Shown in pieces: positions 36,806-45,162 of a stretch of DNA of 64,000 nt. The number at the start of each line of letters is the position of its first letter. Within the stretch, counting starts at the first letter, position 1. Below the pieces are notes generated by a model that saw nothing but the letters and a program-made list of their open reading frames with translations, did not search any database and was not told where the DNA came from. Source of the DNA: a virus (Duplodnaviria; Caudoviricetes); IMG/VR virus record IMGVR_UViG_3300032225_000686; one strand, written 5' to 3'. The translations under genes were made by a program, and so were the position numbers.

Positions 36806-37102
36806 ATGAAATACCTAATAGGATTAATCACTTCACTCGTTCTAACGGCTTGCAGCACAGCACCAGTTATTGTTCCCGACACCACAAAAGATAATGTGGT
36901 GATGAAGAAACTAAACTGGGAAATTACAAACAACACGCATCTAACAACAGATTGGGGTTGGATTCTGTGGTATCTGCCTGTAGTATTCTTGGTTGTGGTT
37001 TGGGCTTACAATCAATATCTAAAAACCAAATGCACAGAAGAAGAGACTGATTCAACCACAGAGGCTTCCAAGCCGACAGAGCAACCTCCATCACAGAGTT
37101 GA
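36806..37102 (+). CDS. lipoprotein with C-terminal TM helix (u-spanin-like architecture)
   Basis: lipobox LTAC; WILWYLPVVFLVVVWAY. Confidence 0.55.
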   Translation: MKYLIGLITSLVLTACSTAPVIVPDTTKDNVVMKKLNWEITNNTHLTTDWGWILWYLPVVFLVVVWAYNQYLKTKCTEEETDSTTEASKPTEQPPSQS

Positions 37103-37103
37103 G

Positions 37104-37424
37104 ATGAAGTCTTTTCGGCAGTACATCAAGGAAGAGGGTGTGCCAAACAGCACAGGAATGTTTACCTATGGTCTAGACTTTCAGGTAGATACGGTTCGTG
37201 CTGATTTTGATATTGAGGACTTTACAGATACAGATGATCCAAAGGACAGCAAGGACCGTAAGTACCGTAAACACTTCCCGTGGGAGGTTGAGAACGCTAT
37301 TGAAGCCAACAGCAGACGGGATATGGTTCTTCGTTGGATGAAGAGTGCAGGAGCCAATAGCAAGAAAGCAGTAACTAACAAGTCTTTGCCACTAATTCCC
37401 GATTGGCAGACTACCAAGAGATAA
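37104..37424 (+). CDS. putative internal head protein (MKSFRQYIKEE leader)
   Basis: leader motif. Confidence 0.6.
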   Translation: MKSFRQYIKEEGVPNSTGMFTYGLDFQVDTVRADFDIEDFTDTDDPKDSKDRKYRKHFPWEVENAIEANSRRDMVLRWMKSAGANSKKAVTNKSLPLIPDWQTTKR

Positions 37425-37455
37425 ATAGTAGACACCCCTTTCAAGGACACTAAAC

Positions 37456-39381
37456 ATGAGCGACTTCAATTTCCGTAAGCCACTATCCTCGCAGAAGAAG
37501 AACATCAACGAATCCCTCCGTCACATTAACAGGCTGTATAACAACACCCTGTCGGCAGGTAGAGTGGATGTCGTTAGCATGGAACTCAACGAGGCAGGAG
37601 AGAAGACTATTGGAAAGATTACCTTCAGTCCATACAAGGAAGGCAGTAGGTCGGTATGGATAGTCAAGGGAAAGGGCGGTCAGGAGATTGGGTTCATCAC
37701 CATAGTGAAGAGTACAGCCGTAACGACAGTACCCAATCAGTTGTACTTGGGCAGTCGCGGCGAGGGTAAGTTAGCACTCAACCTTTGGCCAGAGAAGGTT
37801 GGAACCCCACCCACGGGCGGGTACACGCGGGCGTATGTGAAGTACAAGCCAAACCAAATGTTGTCAGCAGCAGCAAAGTGGATCATGGACAACCACAAGG
37901 AGTTGGTAGAAGAGGTTGTTGTTGATGAATCCAAGGAAGAACTAAAGGTTGTCAAGAAGGGCAACACAAAGACAGAGAAGAACAAGTCATCAGAGTTCAA
38001 TGGGGACAAGCGTGGCATGAACCGCTTCGTTGAAGAGGATGAGGTGGAGGAAGTTGAGGATGTTGAGGAAGAGGTTACTGTAATCGGCATGAAGGAGAGT
38101 GTTGAACTCCAAGAAGCATCTTGGTCATCAAGTTCAGGAACTATTGACAAGAAGACAGTAGATTCATTCTTGGACGATCTAGAAAAGGCATACGAGAGGG
38201 GCGGCAAGAGAGCCAAGGTTGGTAATACTGATGGAACAGTAGAGGATTGGATGCAGGATTACAAGGACTGGTTCCGCCGTGCTCCCAAGAATCTTATGGA
38301 CTATCTCAAGACAGAGATATCAAAGATCGTCAAGAAGGAATCACTAGGCACACACATGGCTACTTCAGAGGCATACGCACATCCTGACGAAAAAACTATA
38401 GGTTCATTCTATGAGAAGACGGGGAAGCACTTCTTTGAGTATAGAGTTTCAAAGGATTCTTGGGGTAAGAGCCACGGTCTACCTCATGAAGTCTGTGTCT
38501 CCCGTAAAGACCCGAGTAGCAAAGGTGATTGGAGATCTGCTAATGTCAAGGGAACTGTATGCTACATCGCTGTTGATGAAGATTCAGACGGTAAGCCTGT
38601 GATGGAGAAGTGGGAGATCAAGAGGCATGTCAAGTATGTGAAAGCAGAGGCAGTTGAAGTTGAGACTCAAGATGAAGACCTAAGCGAAGCATACATTAGT
38701 ACAGACGCAATCAAGATAATCCGTGACGATCTCAAGAAGGAATTCCCCAAGTTCAAGTTCATGATTGCTAGAGAGCGCAACAGTTACTCCAGTCTTCGTG
38801 TAGCAATCGTTTCCGGTCCTGTTGCTTTTGCAACCAAGCACGATGGAACACCATTGCCGTTCGCAGACATCAATCACTACTACCCAATGAACTATAAGAA
38901 CGGTGAGATTCTAAAGAAGATTCTTGAGACAATCAACAAGAAGAACTGGGATCGCAGCGACATTCAAACAGACTACTTTGATGTTGGTTTCTACTTGACT
39001 GTAACACAGGGCAATCGTTCATATGGCATGACACAACGCCCATTCACACTAAATGGTGTTGCCGTAAAGAAGCCAACTCCCGTGCAGACACAGCAGAAGG
39101 TTAATGCTATAATCAAGAAGGTAATAAGCAGCAATCCCACCAAGAATGCAGTAACAGGAAAGACACACACCAAGTCTACTCCCGCAAACGCAGGCGGTCC
39201 TTCTGCTAGTCGTTACGGAGTCTTTGAGGATGCTCAGGAAGTGAACGAGAAGTCACCTCCAACAGGTACGGCTCGCAAGTTCAGCAAAGACCCTGATGTG
39301 AAGGCTGCATTCAAGAAGAAGTATGGAGAGCGTTGGAAAGAGGTAATGTACGCTACCGCATGGAAGATGCACAACAAGTAA
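37456..39381 (+). CDS. multi-module late protein containing an LPD29-like domain
   Basis: IRDDLKKEFPKFKF...SGP...SDIQTDYFD; acidic linkers; C-terminal KYGERWKEVMYATAWK. Confidence 0.6.
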   Translation: MSDFNFRKPLSSQKKNINESLRHINRLYNNTLSAGRVDVVSMELNEAGEKTIGKITFSPYKEGSRSVWIVKGKGGQEIGFITIVKSTAVTTVPNQLYLGSRGEGKLALNLWPEKVGTPPTGGYTRAYVKYKPNQMLSAAAKWIMDNHKELVEEVVVDESKEELKVVKKGNTKTEKNKSSEFNGDKRGMNRFVEEDEVEEVEDVEEEVTVIGMKESVELQEASWSSSSGTIDKKTVDSFLDDLEKAYERGGKRAKVGNTDGTVEDWMQDYKDWFRRAPKNLMDYLKTEISKIVKKESLGTHMATSEAYAHPDEKTIGSFYEKTGKHFFEYRVSKDSWGKSHGLPHEVCVSRKDPSSKGDWRSANVKGTVCYIAVDEDSDGKPVMEKWEIKRHVKYVKAEAVEVETQDEDLSEAYISTDAIKIIRDDLKKEFPKFKFMIARERNSYSSLRVAIVSGPVAFATKHDGTPLPFADINHYYPMNYKNGEILKKILETINKKNWDRSDIQTDYFDVGFYLTVTQGNRSYGMTQRPFTLNGVAVKKPTPVQTQQKVNAIIKKVISSNPTKNAVTGKTHTKSTPANAGGPSASRYGVFEDAQEVNEKSPPTGTARKFSKDPDVKAAFKKKYGERWKEVMYATAWKMHNK

Positions 39382-39391
39382 GGAGAAACAA

Positions 39392-39619
39392 ATGGCTAGA
39401 AAGAAGTTGGTTAGCATAGCAGTCACTCCCGAATACTTCCTACATTTCTTTCCCGTAGGAACAGTCATTGACAGACCCGGCCTTCCTCTACTGAAGGTCT
39501 CTGATGCTGCCCCTATGTTGGATGGCAACATCTCTGTTCAGTTTGAAGTCTCAAACAGCATGACCCGAGCGAAGCACACATTCGGTGGCACGAACGGGGA
39601 AAACGGCATTCCATTTTGA
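39392..39619 (+). CDS. hypothetical protein
   Basis: AAGGAG SD. Confidence 0.55.
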   Translation: MARKKLVSIAVTPEYFLHFFPVGTVIDRPGLPLLKVSDAAPMLDGNISVQFEVSNSMTRAKHTFGGTNGENGIPF

Positions 39620-40029
39620 AGTCGTTTAGCCAACATCTTGTAGAACAGGATGCGGCTCCAAAACCCCGTGGCGAGTATTTCGTCAGTCGTTTTAATATTA
39701 GCGGAACTGTTGTGAGTGCTGTCGCTGTATACGAAAGACCCACCAAGAACTACAAGTATAAAACTAAAGTTTGGAGATGGCGGGTTCGTATAAAGACGAG
39801 TGAAGGATGGATGCTGATGGGCTATATCGGCAATGGACAACGACAGGAAGAACTGCCTCCGCTTCGTGTTGGAGATGTTGTGGAGATTAGAGACCTTGTT
39901 TTGTCTAGAGTCACGGGTGGAGATTGGGCGCAACGAAACAAGGTAATCGGCAAACCTCTTGACTATCGTTCTAACTTGTTTTCTCGTCAACTATATGGCA
40001 AGATCAAAAGAACCTCAACCTCCGTATGA
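39616..40029 (+). CDS. putative internal head protein (MKSFSQHLVE leader, TTG start)
   Basis: leader motif. Confidence 0.55.
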   Translation: MKSFSQHLVEQDAAPKPRGEYFVSRFNISGTVVSAVAVYERPTKNYKYKTKVWRWRVRIKTSEGWMLMGYIGNGQRQEELPPLRVGDVVEIRDLVLSRVTGGDWAQRNKVIGKPLDYRSNLFSRQLYGKIKRTSTSV

Positions 40030-40466
40030 AATCGTTCAAGCAACTAAAGTGGGATTTGGGAGAAGCCAAGAAGCAGGATGCTGTTGAGGCTATTGACCGT
40101 TCTGCCAATGTTGTAGTTCGTCCTGCTGACCTACGCCACAAGACCCCCGGCGTAACAGTCATGGTACGCAAGCACAAAAAGCACAAGAGGGGCGAAGAGG
40201 CTTACGACTGGACTCTCCGAGAGCCTAATAGCAATCGCAACTATTATGGGACTCTGAGGAAGAACAAGGGTAAAAAGAGTGGTGGATGGATTGCAATGGC
40301 TACCGATTCCAAGAAAAAAGAAAAGACAGTTATCAAGGATACCCACGGAGATTCCATGAAGGCTGTCAAAAAGGCATACAAAGCCATAGCCAAAGCCACA
40401 GGGTCCACCGCCTTGGGTCTACCACTAATCGCTAGAGGAAATGCGAAATATAGACCCTTGACTTGA
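40026..40466 (+). CDS. basic putative internal head protein (MKSFKQL leader)
   Basis: leader motif; ATGA overlap. Confidence 0.55.
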   Translation: MKSFKQLKWDLGEAKKQDAVEAIDRSANVVVRPADLRHKTPGVTVMVRKHKKHKRGEEAYDWTLREPNSNRNYYGTLRKNKGKKSGGWIAMATDSKKKEKTVIKDTHGDSMKAVKKAYKAIAKATGSTALGLPLIARGNAKYRPLT

Positions 40467-40491
40467 TTGCGCGATGTGGTATAATGGTGGT

Positions 40492-40758
40492 ATGAAGACC
40501 GCACCAGTTCGCCGTCCATCAATCGCAACCACAGTTCTATTGACCTTTGTCATACTGAAGTTGACAGGTCAGTTGGATTGGTCGTGGTGGTGGGTTACCT
40601 CTCCCGCATGGATCGTCTTGGGACTTTGGGCTTGCGTCCTTGGTCTCTTTGGTGTATCATATGTAATCAATCCCGAAGGCGTAAAGCGTTTCATTCGGGA
40701 TAGGGAGTTTGAGCGTCTGTGCAAGGAATACTTCAACGCAACCCGAAGGAGCAAGTGA
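40492..40758 (+). CDS. small membrane protein
   Basis: LKLTGQLDWSWWWVTSPAW; leaderless promoter at 40458-40485. Confidence 0.7.
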   Translation: MKTAPVRRPSIATTVLLTFVILKLTGQLDWSWWWVTSPAWIVLGLWACVLGLFGVSYVINPEGVKRFIRDREFERLCKEYFNATRRSK

Positions 40759-41030
40759 TGAAGACTGCAATGACACGCGATGATTACAAGTTTAAACTTC
40801 GCAAGGGTATCTGTGAGATCACCTTCACCAAGAAGGACGGATCGGAGCGAGTGATGCGTTGCACCCTCGCGCAGGCGCACATGCCCGTGCGTGAGTACGA
40901 GAAGGACTCTGCGGAGCCTAAGACTCCACGCAAGGTCAACCTCAACACCCTCGCTGTTTGGGATTTGGACAAGGAGGCGTGGCGAGCATTCAACTTGGAC
41001 AGCGTGAAAAATTTCAAAAACGCTGTCTGA
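40758..41030 (+). CDS. DUF2693/WYL-like SH3 beta-barrel protein
   Basis: FTKKDGSERVMRCTL...VWDLDKEAWRAF. Confidence 0.8.
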   Translation: MKTAMTRDDYKFKLRKGICEITFTKKDGSERVMRCTLAQAHMPVREYEKDSAEPKTPRKVNLNTLAVWDLDKEAWRAFNLDSVKNFKNAV

Positions 41031-41036
41031 TCCCCT

Positions 41037-41110
41037 GTTCCCGTAACTCAGTTGGATAGAGTAGTTGCCTTCTAAGCAACAAGTCACAGGTTCGAATCCT
41101 GTCGGGAACG
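41037..41110 (+). tRNA. tRNA-Arg(TCT)
   Basis: cloverleaf; anticodon loop CTTCTAA. Confidence 0.95.
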
Positions 41111-41113
41111 CTC

Positions 41114-41185
41114 GCCTCCGTAACTCAATGGTAGAGTAGCCGACTTTTAATCGGTAAGTTACAGGTTCAAGTCCTGTCGGGGGCA
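41114..41185 (+). tRNA. tRNA-Lys(TTT)
   Basis: cloverleaf; loop CTTTTAA. Confidence 0.95.
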
Positions 41186-41224
41186 CTAAATACAAGCACC
41201 CATCTCTTGAAAGGAGATTACATT

Positions 41225-41590
41225 ATGGACTCACTTCTTTACGGTATCCTCGGTCTTTCACTCGCAACCAATCTCGTAACTTTCATTGGCTCAATCGCTA
41301 CCAATTCCAAGCGTCGGGATGAAGAGAATCAGCGAACTCTCTCTACTGTACGCGACGAACTCATCAATCGTATCAATGAGGTTGATCGTCGTGTTGACGG
41401 AGAGGTTAGCCTACTTCACAACTCAATTCAGAGTGAGGTAAATGGCCTCACTAGCAAGATTGAGGAACTGGATCGTACCCTTACTTCCATGATTGACAAC
41501 TTGGAAGAAGAGGTCTACAATAGTCAGGATCGTTTCTACGAGATTGCAGAGGCGGAAACTGCTTGCTGCAAGGCAAAGAAGCGGAACTGA
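41225..41590 (+). CDS. membrane-anchored coiled-coil protein
   Basis: AAGGAG SD; N-terminal TM helix followed by heptads. Confidence 0.6.
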   Translation: MDSLLYGILGLSLATNLVTFIGSIATNSKRRDEENQRTLSTVRDELINRINEVDRRVDGEVSLLHNSIQSEVNGLTSKIEELDRTLTSMIDNLEEEVYNSQDRFYEIAEAETACCKAKKRN

Positions 41591-41636
41591 TAAAGGGATC
41601 GCCATCCCTTACAACTTTAACATAAGGAGAAAACAA

Positions 41637-41846
41637 ATGGCAAAGTTTGAATCGGGCACATGCCCTGTTACTGGTGGCTGCGATAAGTTGAACTGCCTTC
41701 TCAGCAAGGTTGGCATCAACCGTAGCCTTCTCGTCACTTTGGCCCTTCTTCCGTTCGCTTGGAACGGAGCCGTGTGGCTTAAGAATGCTGCCGTTGCCAT
41801 CGTTCATGTAGTGGCAGGACTATTCGGCAATAGCCCCGTCGCTTGA
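41637..41846 (+). CDS. small membrane protein
   Basis: AAGGAG SD; MAKFESGTCP..., hydrophobic C-terminal half. Confidence 0.6.
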   Translation: MAKFESGTCPVTGGCDKLNCLLSKVGINRSLLVTLALLPFAWNGAVWLKNAAVAIVHVVAGLFGNSPVA

Positions 41847-41876
41847 TGTGACGGGATAATTGTGCAGGGATGCACC

Positions 41877-41947
41877 TGCCCGATGGTGTAACGGTAGCAC
41901 AAGAGACTTTGGTTCTCTTTGTCCTAGTTCGAATCTAGGTCGGGCAA
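41877..41947 (+). tRNA. tRNA-Gln(TTG)
   Basis: cloverleaf; loop CTTTGGT. Confidence 0.95.
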
Positions 41948-41961
41948 TTTTGGAGGTACTA

Positions 41962-42168
41962 ATGGGAAGCAACTTCTATCCAACTGATGATAGCGGTAAT
42001 GAGATACGAGACCCTGAAACGGTCAAAAAGTATCATCATGCCATCATGTTGTTTGGCATGAAGTTTAGTGAGTATGTGAAGGAGATGGATCCTGACCTTT
42101 GGAAGAGAGCCGCAGACTACGCTGCTTCATTCACAAAGGTTGATGGAATAGAATTCATGGGCCGATAG
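41962..42168 (+). CDS. hypothetical protein
   Basis: GGAGG SD; stop lies in the 5' end of tRNA-Ala. Confidence 0.55.
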   Translation: MGSNFYPTDDSGNEIRDPETVKKYHHAIMLFGMKFSEYVKEMDPDLWKRAADYAASFTKVDGIEFMGR

Positions 42169-42230
42169 TTCAACGGGAGAACAATGCCTTTGCAAGGCAT
42201 GGGTTGGAGGTTCGAATCCTCTTCGGTCCA
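42159..42230 (+). tRNA. tRNA-Ala(TGC)
   Basis: G3:U70 pair; loop TTTGCAA. Confidence 0.95.
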
Positions 42231-42245
42231 CTACAGGAGGTTAGC

Positions 42246-42455
42246 ATGACAAGCATGAACTCGTACACGCCCGGACACGGGTACAAAGAAGGCTACAATG
42301 ATCGCATGAATGGTCTAGCAGATCGTTCTATCACCCACGCCACCACAGAAGTGTTTTGGATGGAGTACCGTCAGGGGTATATGCAAGCCGAAAGAAATAT
42401 CATTGAGAAGGCTCGTCATGAAGTTAATGAGAGCCGTAGATTCTTGTCGGAATGA
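42246..42455 (+). CDS. hypothetical protein
   Basis: AGGAGG SD; GYKEGYND...EYRQGY. Confidence 0.6.
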   Translation: MTSMNSYTPGHGYKEGYNDRMNGLADRSITHATTEVFWMEYRQGYMQAERNIIEKARHEVNESRRFLSE

Positions 42456-42462
42456 ATTTTAA

Positions 42463-42551
42463 GGACAGGTGGCAGAGCGGTTTAATGCGGCGGTCTTGAA
42501 AACCGCTGAAGGGTGAATGCCCTTCCGAGGGTTCGAATCCTTCCCTGTCCG
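42463..42551 (+). tRNA. tRNA-Ser(TGA)
   Basis: long variable arm; loop CTTGAAA. Confidence 0.95.
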
Positions 42552-42556
42552 CTTTA

Positions 42557-42639
42557 GCGTGGGTTCCGGAGTGGTCAAACGGGACAGACTGTAAATCTGT
42601 TGGCTTTCGTCTTCGTAGGTTCGAATCCTACCCCACGCA
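42557..42639 (+). tRNA. tRNA-Tyr(GTA)
   Basis: loop CTGTAAA. Confidence 0.95.
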
Positions 42640-42643
42640 CTTC

Positions 42644-42728
42644 GGGCAGATGGCAGAGTGGTCTAATGCAGCGGTTTACTAAACCGCAGAGGTTAACGCC
42701 TCCGAGGGTTCGAATCCTTCTCTGCCCG
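42644..42728 (+). tRNA. tRNA-Ser(ACT), unusual A34
   Basis: GCGGT-TTACTAA-ACCGC; long variable arm; G73. Confidence 0.85.
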
Positions 42729-42743
42729 CTTGGAATACTAAAT

Positions 42744-43112
42744 ATGAGTATGCACATATCATTCTTCCTACAACTTCAATCTCAAGTAAGAGTTCTTCAT
42801 TGGCAAACGAAGTCATATGAAGAGCATAAGGCTCTAGGTAAATTGTACGATGCCCTTGATCCTCTCGTAGACAAGTTTGTTGAGGTTCATGCGGGGAAGT
42901 ATGGTAACACTTTGGGTAATCCTAACTTCTCGTTCAGCGTAAGTAATTACAAGGATTCCAATTCTATGGGAATAGTCCAAATGGCTATTGAGTTCCTTAC
43001 AAACGAACTACCGAAGAAGTTAAACCCAAACACAGACACCGATCTTCTCAACATTCGTGACGAGATGGTTGGTGCTCTAAACCGGACAAAATATCTACTC
43101 CGTCTAGAATAG
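42744..43112 (+). CDS. Dps/ferritin-like (DUF5856-type) protein
   Basis: LHWQTKSYEEHKAL..LYD...DKFVE and LLNIRDEM...YLL. Confidence 0.75.
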   Translation: MSMHISFFLQLQSQVRVLHWQTKSYEEHKALGKLYDALDPLVDKFVEVHAGKYGNTLGNPNFSFSVSNYKDSNSMGIVQMAIEFLTNELPKKLNPNTDTDLLNIRDEMVGALNRTKYLLRLE

Positions 43113-43163
43113 TTGTTGACGGCGAGCGGATCGTCGGCTATAATACTCAAGACAATTTGTAAC

Positions 43164-43236
43164 GGCCCTATCGTCTAGTGGTCTAGGATAGGAGGCTTTC
43201 ATCCTCTTGACCGGAGTTCGAATCTCCGTAGGGTCA
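43164..43236 (+). tRNA. tRNA-Glu(TTC)
   Basis: loop CTTTCAT; promoter at 43116-43144. Confidence 0.95.
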
Positions 43237-43336
43237 CTCAAAACCTTGATGGGATTGTTAACCCCATCAAAAACTCTGCCTGTCCATCAACCTACCCATC
43301 CACTAACGGTGGGATAAATAGTGTATGGTGCAGTCA

Positions 43337-43397
43337 GGGGGCGTAGTTGGATGTTTCTTCTAGATGGCCACTAGAGAGCATCAGGTCTACTGCCTTT
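43337..43397 (+). ncRNA. long imperfect hairpin immediately upstream of the tRNA-like RNA
   Basis: stems GGGGGC/GCCTTT, GTAG/CTAC, GATGTTT/GAGCATC and TCTAG/CTAGA. Confidence 0.45.
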
Positions 43398-43401
43398 CTT
43401 T

Positions 43402-43525
43402 GTGGGATGGTTCTTCGGCAAAAGCAGTAACGCCAATGGTAGGATTGTCGGTGGCATGTGTTGGTTACTGAGTACATGTAAGTAAAACAAAACATCGGCA
43501 ACGGGTTCGAATCCCGTATCCCACT
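43402..43525 (+). ncRNA. ~124-nt tRNA-like RNA
   Basis: acceptor stem GTGGGAT/ATCCCAC; T-arm ACGGG-TTCGAAT-CCCGT; enlarged internal arms. Confidence 0.7.
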
Positions 43526-43547
43526 TTCTCATTATGGAGTCTACACT

Positions 43548-44600
43548 ATGAAGATTGAAGAAGACATCAAGTTGGATTTCGCAGATGTGCTGATTCGCCC
43601 AAAGCGAAGCAATCTTGAGAGCCGAAGCAAGGTTGATCTAAACCGCACATTCAAGTTCACTTTGCCTAAAGGCGAAGAGACATGGACAGGCATTCCTCTT
43701 GTAGCGGCAAACATGGACTCTACGGGAACTATACCTATGGCTAAAGCCTTGTCCAAGTGGGAGGCTATGGGTGCGGTACACAAGCATGTTCCGATTCGTG
43801 AGTGGAAGGAAGCCAACATTCATGATTGGTTGCCCAACGCAATCTCATGCAACATCATCTACACGATGGGTATGGGAGACAGCAGCAGCAACATGAAGGA
43901 GATGCTAAAGGCACAAGAGGTTCTTGGTATGTACCCACAGATCAAGTTCATCTGTATTGATGTTGCCAACGGATACACGCAGAAGTTCGTAAACTTTGTT
44001 AGCAGTATTCGTGGCTTCTTCCCAAACCATATCATCATTGCAGGTAATGTAGTCACCCGAGAAATGACGGAGGCATTAATTCTCGCAGGAGCCAACATTG
44101 TCAAGATTGGTATTGGACCCGGCTCTGTATGCACCACGCGAAAGGTAGCGGGCGTTGGATATCCGCAACTATCCGCAATCATGGAGTGTGCTGATGCTGC
44201 TCACGGTCTTGGTGGATTTGTGATGGCTGATGGAGGATGCACCTGCCCCGGAGATGTTGCAAAGGCATATGGTGCAGGAGCAGACTTCGTTATGATCGGG
44301 GGTATGCTCGCGGGCGCGGACGAGGCAGCAGGAGAGATCACAGATAACGGTAAGGAGTTCTATGGCATGAGTTCTGCTGATGCTATGCAGAAGTACTCAG
44401 GCGGTGTTGCTACTTACCGTGCATCTGAAGGCAAGAAGGTTTATGTCAAGCCTAGCGGTCCTGCTGATGAAACGATCCAACATATACTTGGTGGAGTTCG
44501 TTCTGCTTGCACTTATGTTGGTGCAGAGAGACTTAAGGACTTGCCAAAATGCACAACATTTGTGAGGGTTAATCGTCAACTCAACAATATCTTCACCTAA
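43548..44600 (+). CDS. guaC: GMP reductase
   Basis: KLDFADVLIRPKRS, AANMD, CIDVANGY and GIGPGSVCTTR motifs. Confidence 0.95.
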   Translation: MKIEEDIKLDFADVLIRPKRSNLESRSKVDLNRTFKFTLPKGEETWTGIPLVAANMDSTGTIPMAKALSKWEAMGAVHKHVPIREWKEANIHDWLPNAISCNIIYTMGMGDSSSNMKEMLKAQEVLGMYPQIKFICIDVANGYTQKFVNFVSSIRGFFPNHIIIAGNVVTREMTEALILAGANIVKIGIGPGSVCTTRKVAGVGYPQLSAIMECADAAHGLGGFVMADGGCTCPGDVAKAYGAGADFVMIGGMLAGADEAAGEITDNGKEFYGMSSADAMQKYSGGVATYRASEGKKVYVKPSGPADETIQHILGGVRSACTYVGAERLKDLPKCTTFVRVNRQLNNIFT

Positions 44601-44616
44601 CTACTAATGTCACTAT

Positions 44617-44688
44617 GCGGATGTAACTCAATGGCAGAGTGTTGGCCTTCCATGCCAAATGTTGAGGGTTCGACTCCCTTCATCCGCT
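44617..44688 (+). tRNA. tRNA-Gly(TCC)
   Basis: loop CTTCCAT. Confidence 0.95.
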
Positions 44689-44691
44689 TTA

Positions 44692-44766
<75 letters not shown>

Positions 44767-44780
44767 TATAGGAGGTTTGT

Positions 44781-44921
44781 ATGGGCGGTAAGCATGATGC
44801 AGGTAAAGGAGATCGTTATCGCAAGGTAGACTACGATTTGTGGTCTAAAAATTGGGATGCGATTTTCAAAAAGAAGACCAAGAAGCGAAAAGTTAAACTT
44901 GATCCGAAGCGAAAGGCGTGA
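44781..44921 (+). CDS. 46-aa phage protein missed by the ORF track
   Basis: AGGAGG SD; GKGDRYRKVD...NWDAIF. Confidence 0.7.
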   Translation: MGGKHDAGKGDRYRKVDYDLWSKNWDAIFKKKTKKRKVKLDPKRKA

Positions 44922-45162
44922 TATACTAAACACTATATCACAACTAGAGCCACCGAGCAGTATGGTGGGTCGCATTTGGAGAAAGAGATGGTCATTGAAG
45001 ATTTCGCTACACACGCAAACATCGGAGAGTTTGCTCGTAAGACTGCACGGATAGTTGAGTGGGAGAATGAGGGCAAGTTCGGAACGATGCAGGCGTTTGA
45101 GGAGATCAAGAAGGCTTACTTGGCTCTAAAGCAAGCAAACGCAGAGATAAAGGGACTAACAA

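Noticed and set aside
40569-41195. 208-aa minus-strand ORF, and similar ORFs or extensions at 41860, 42204, 42575, 42600, 46000 and 47089
   Set aside because: They run across tRNA genes, and the translations are typical tRNA-derived artefacts.
43337-43525. tmRNA or SRP RNA
   Set aside because: Too short for tmRNA, with no G3:U70 pair or tag reading frame, and it lacks the SRP domain IV motif.
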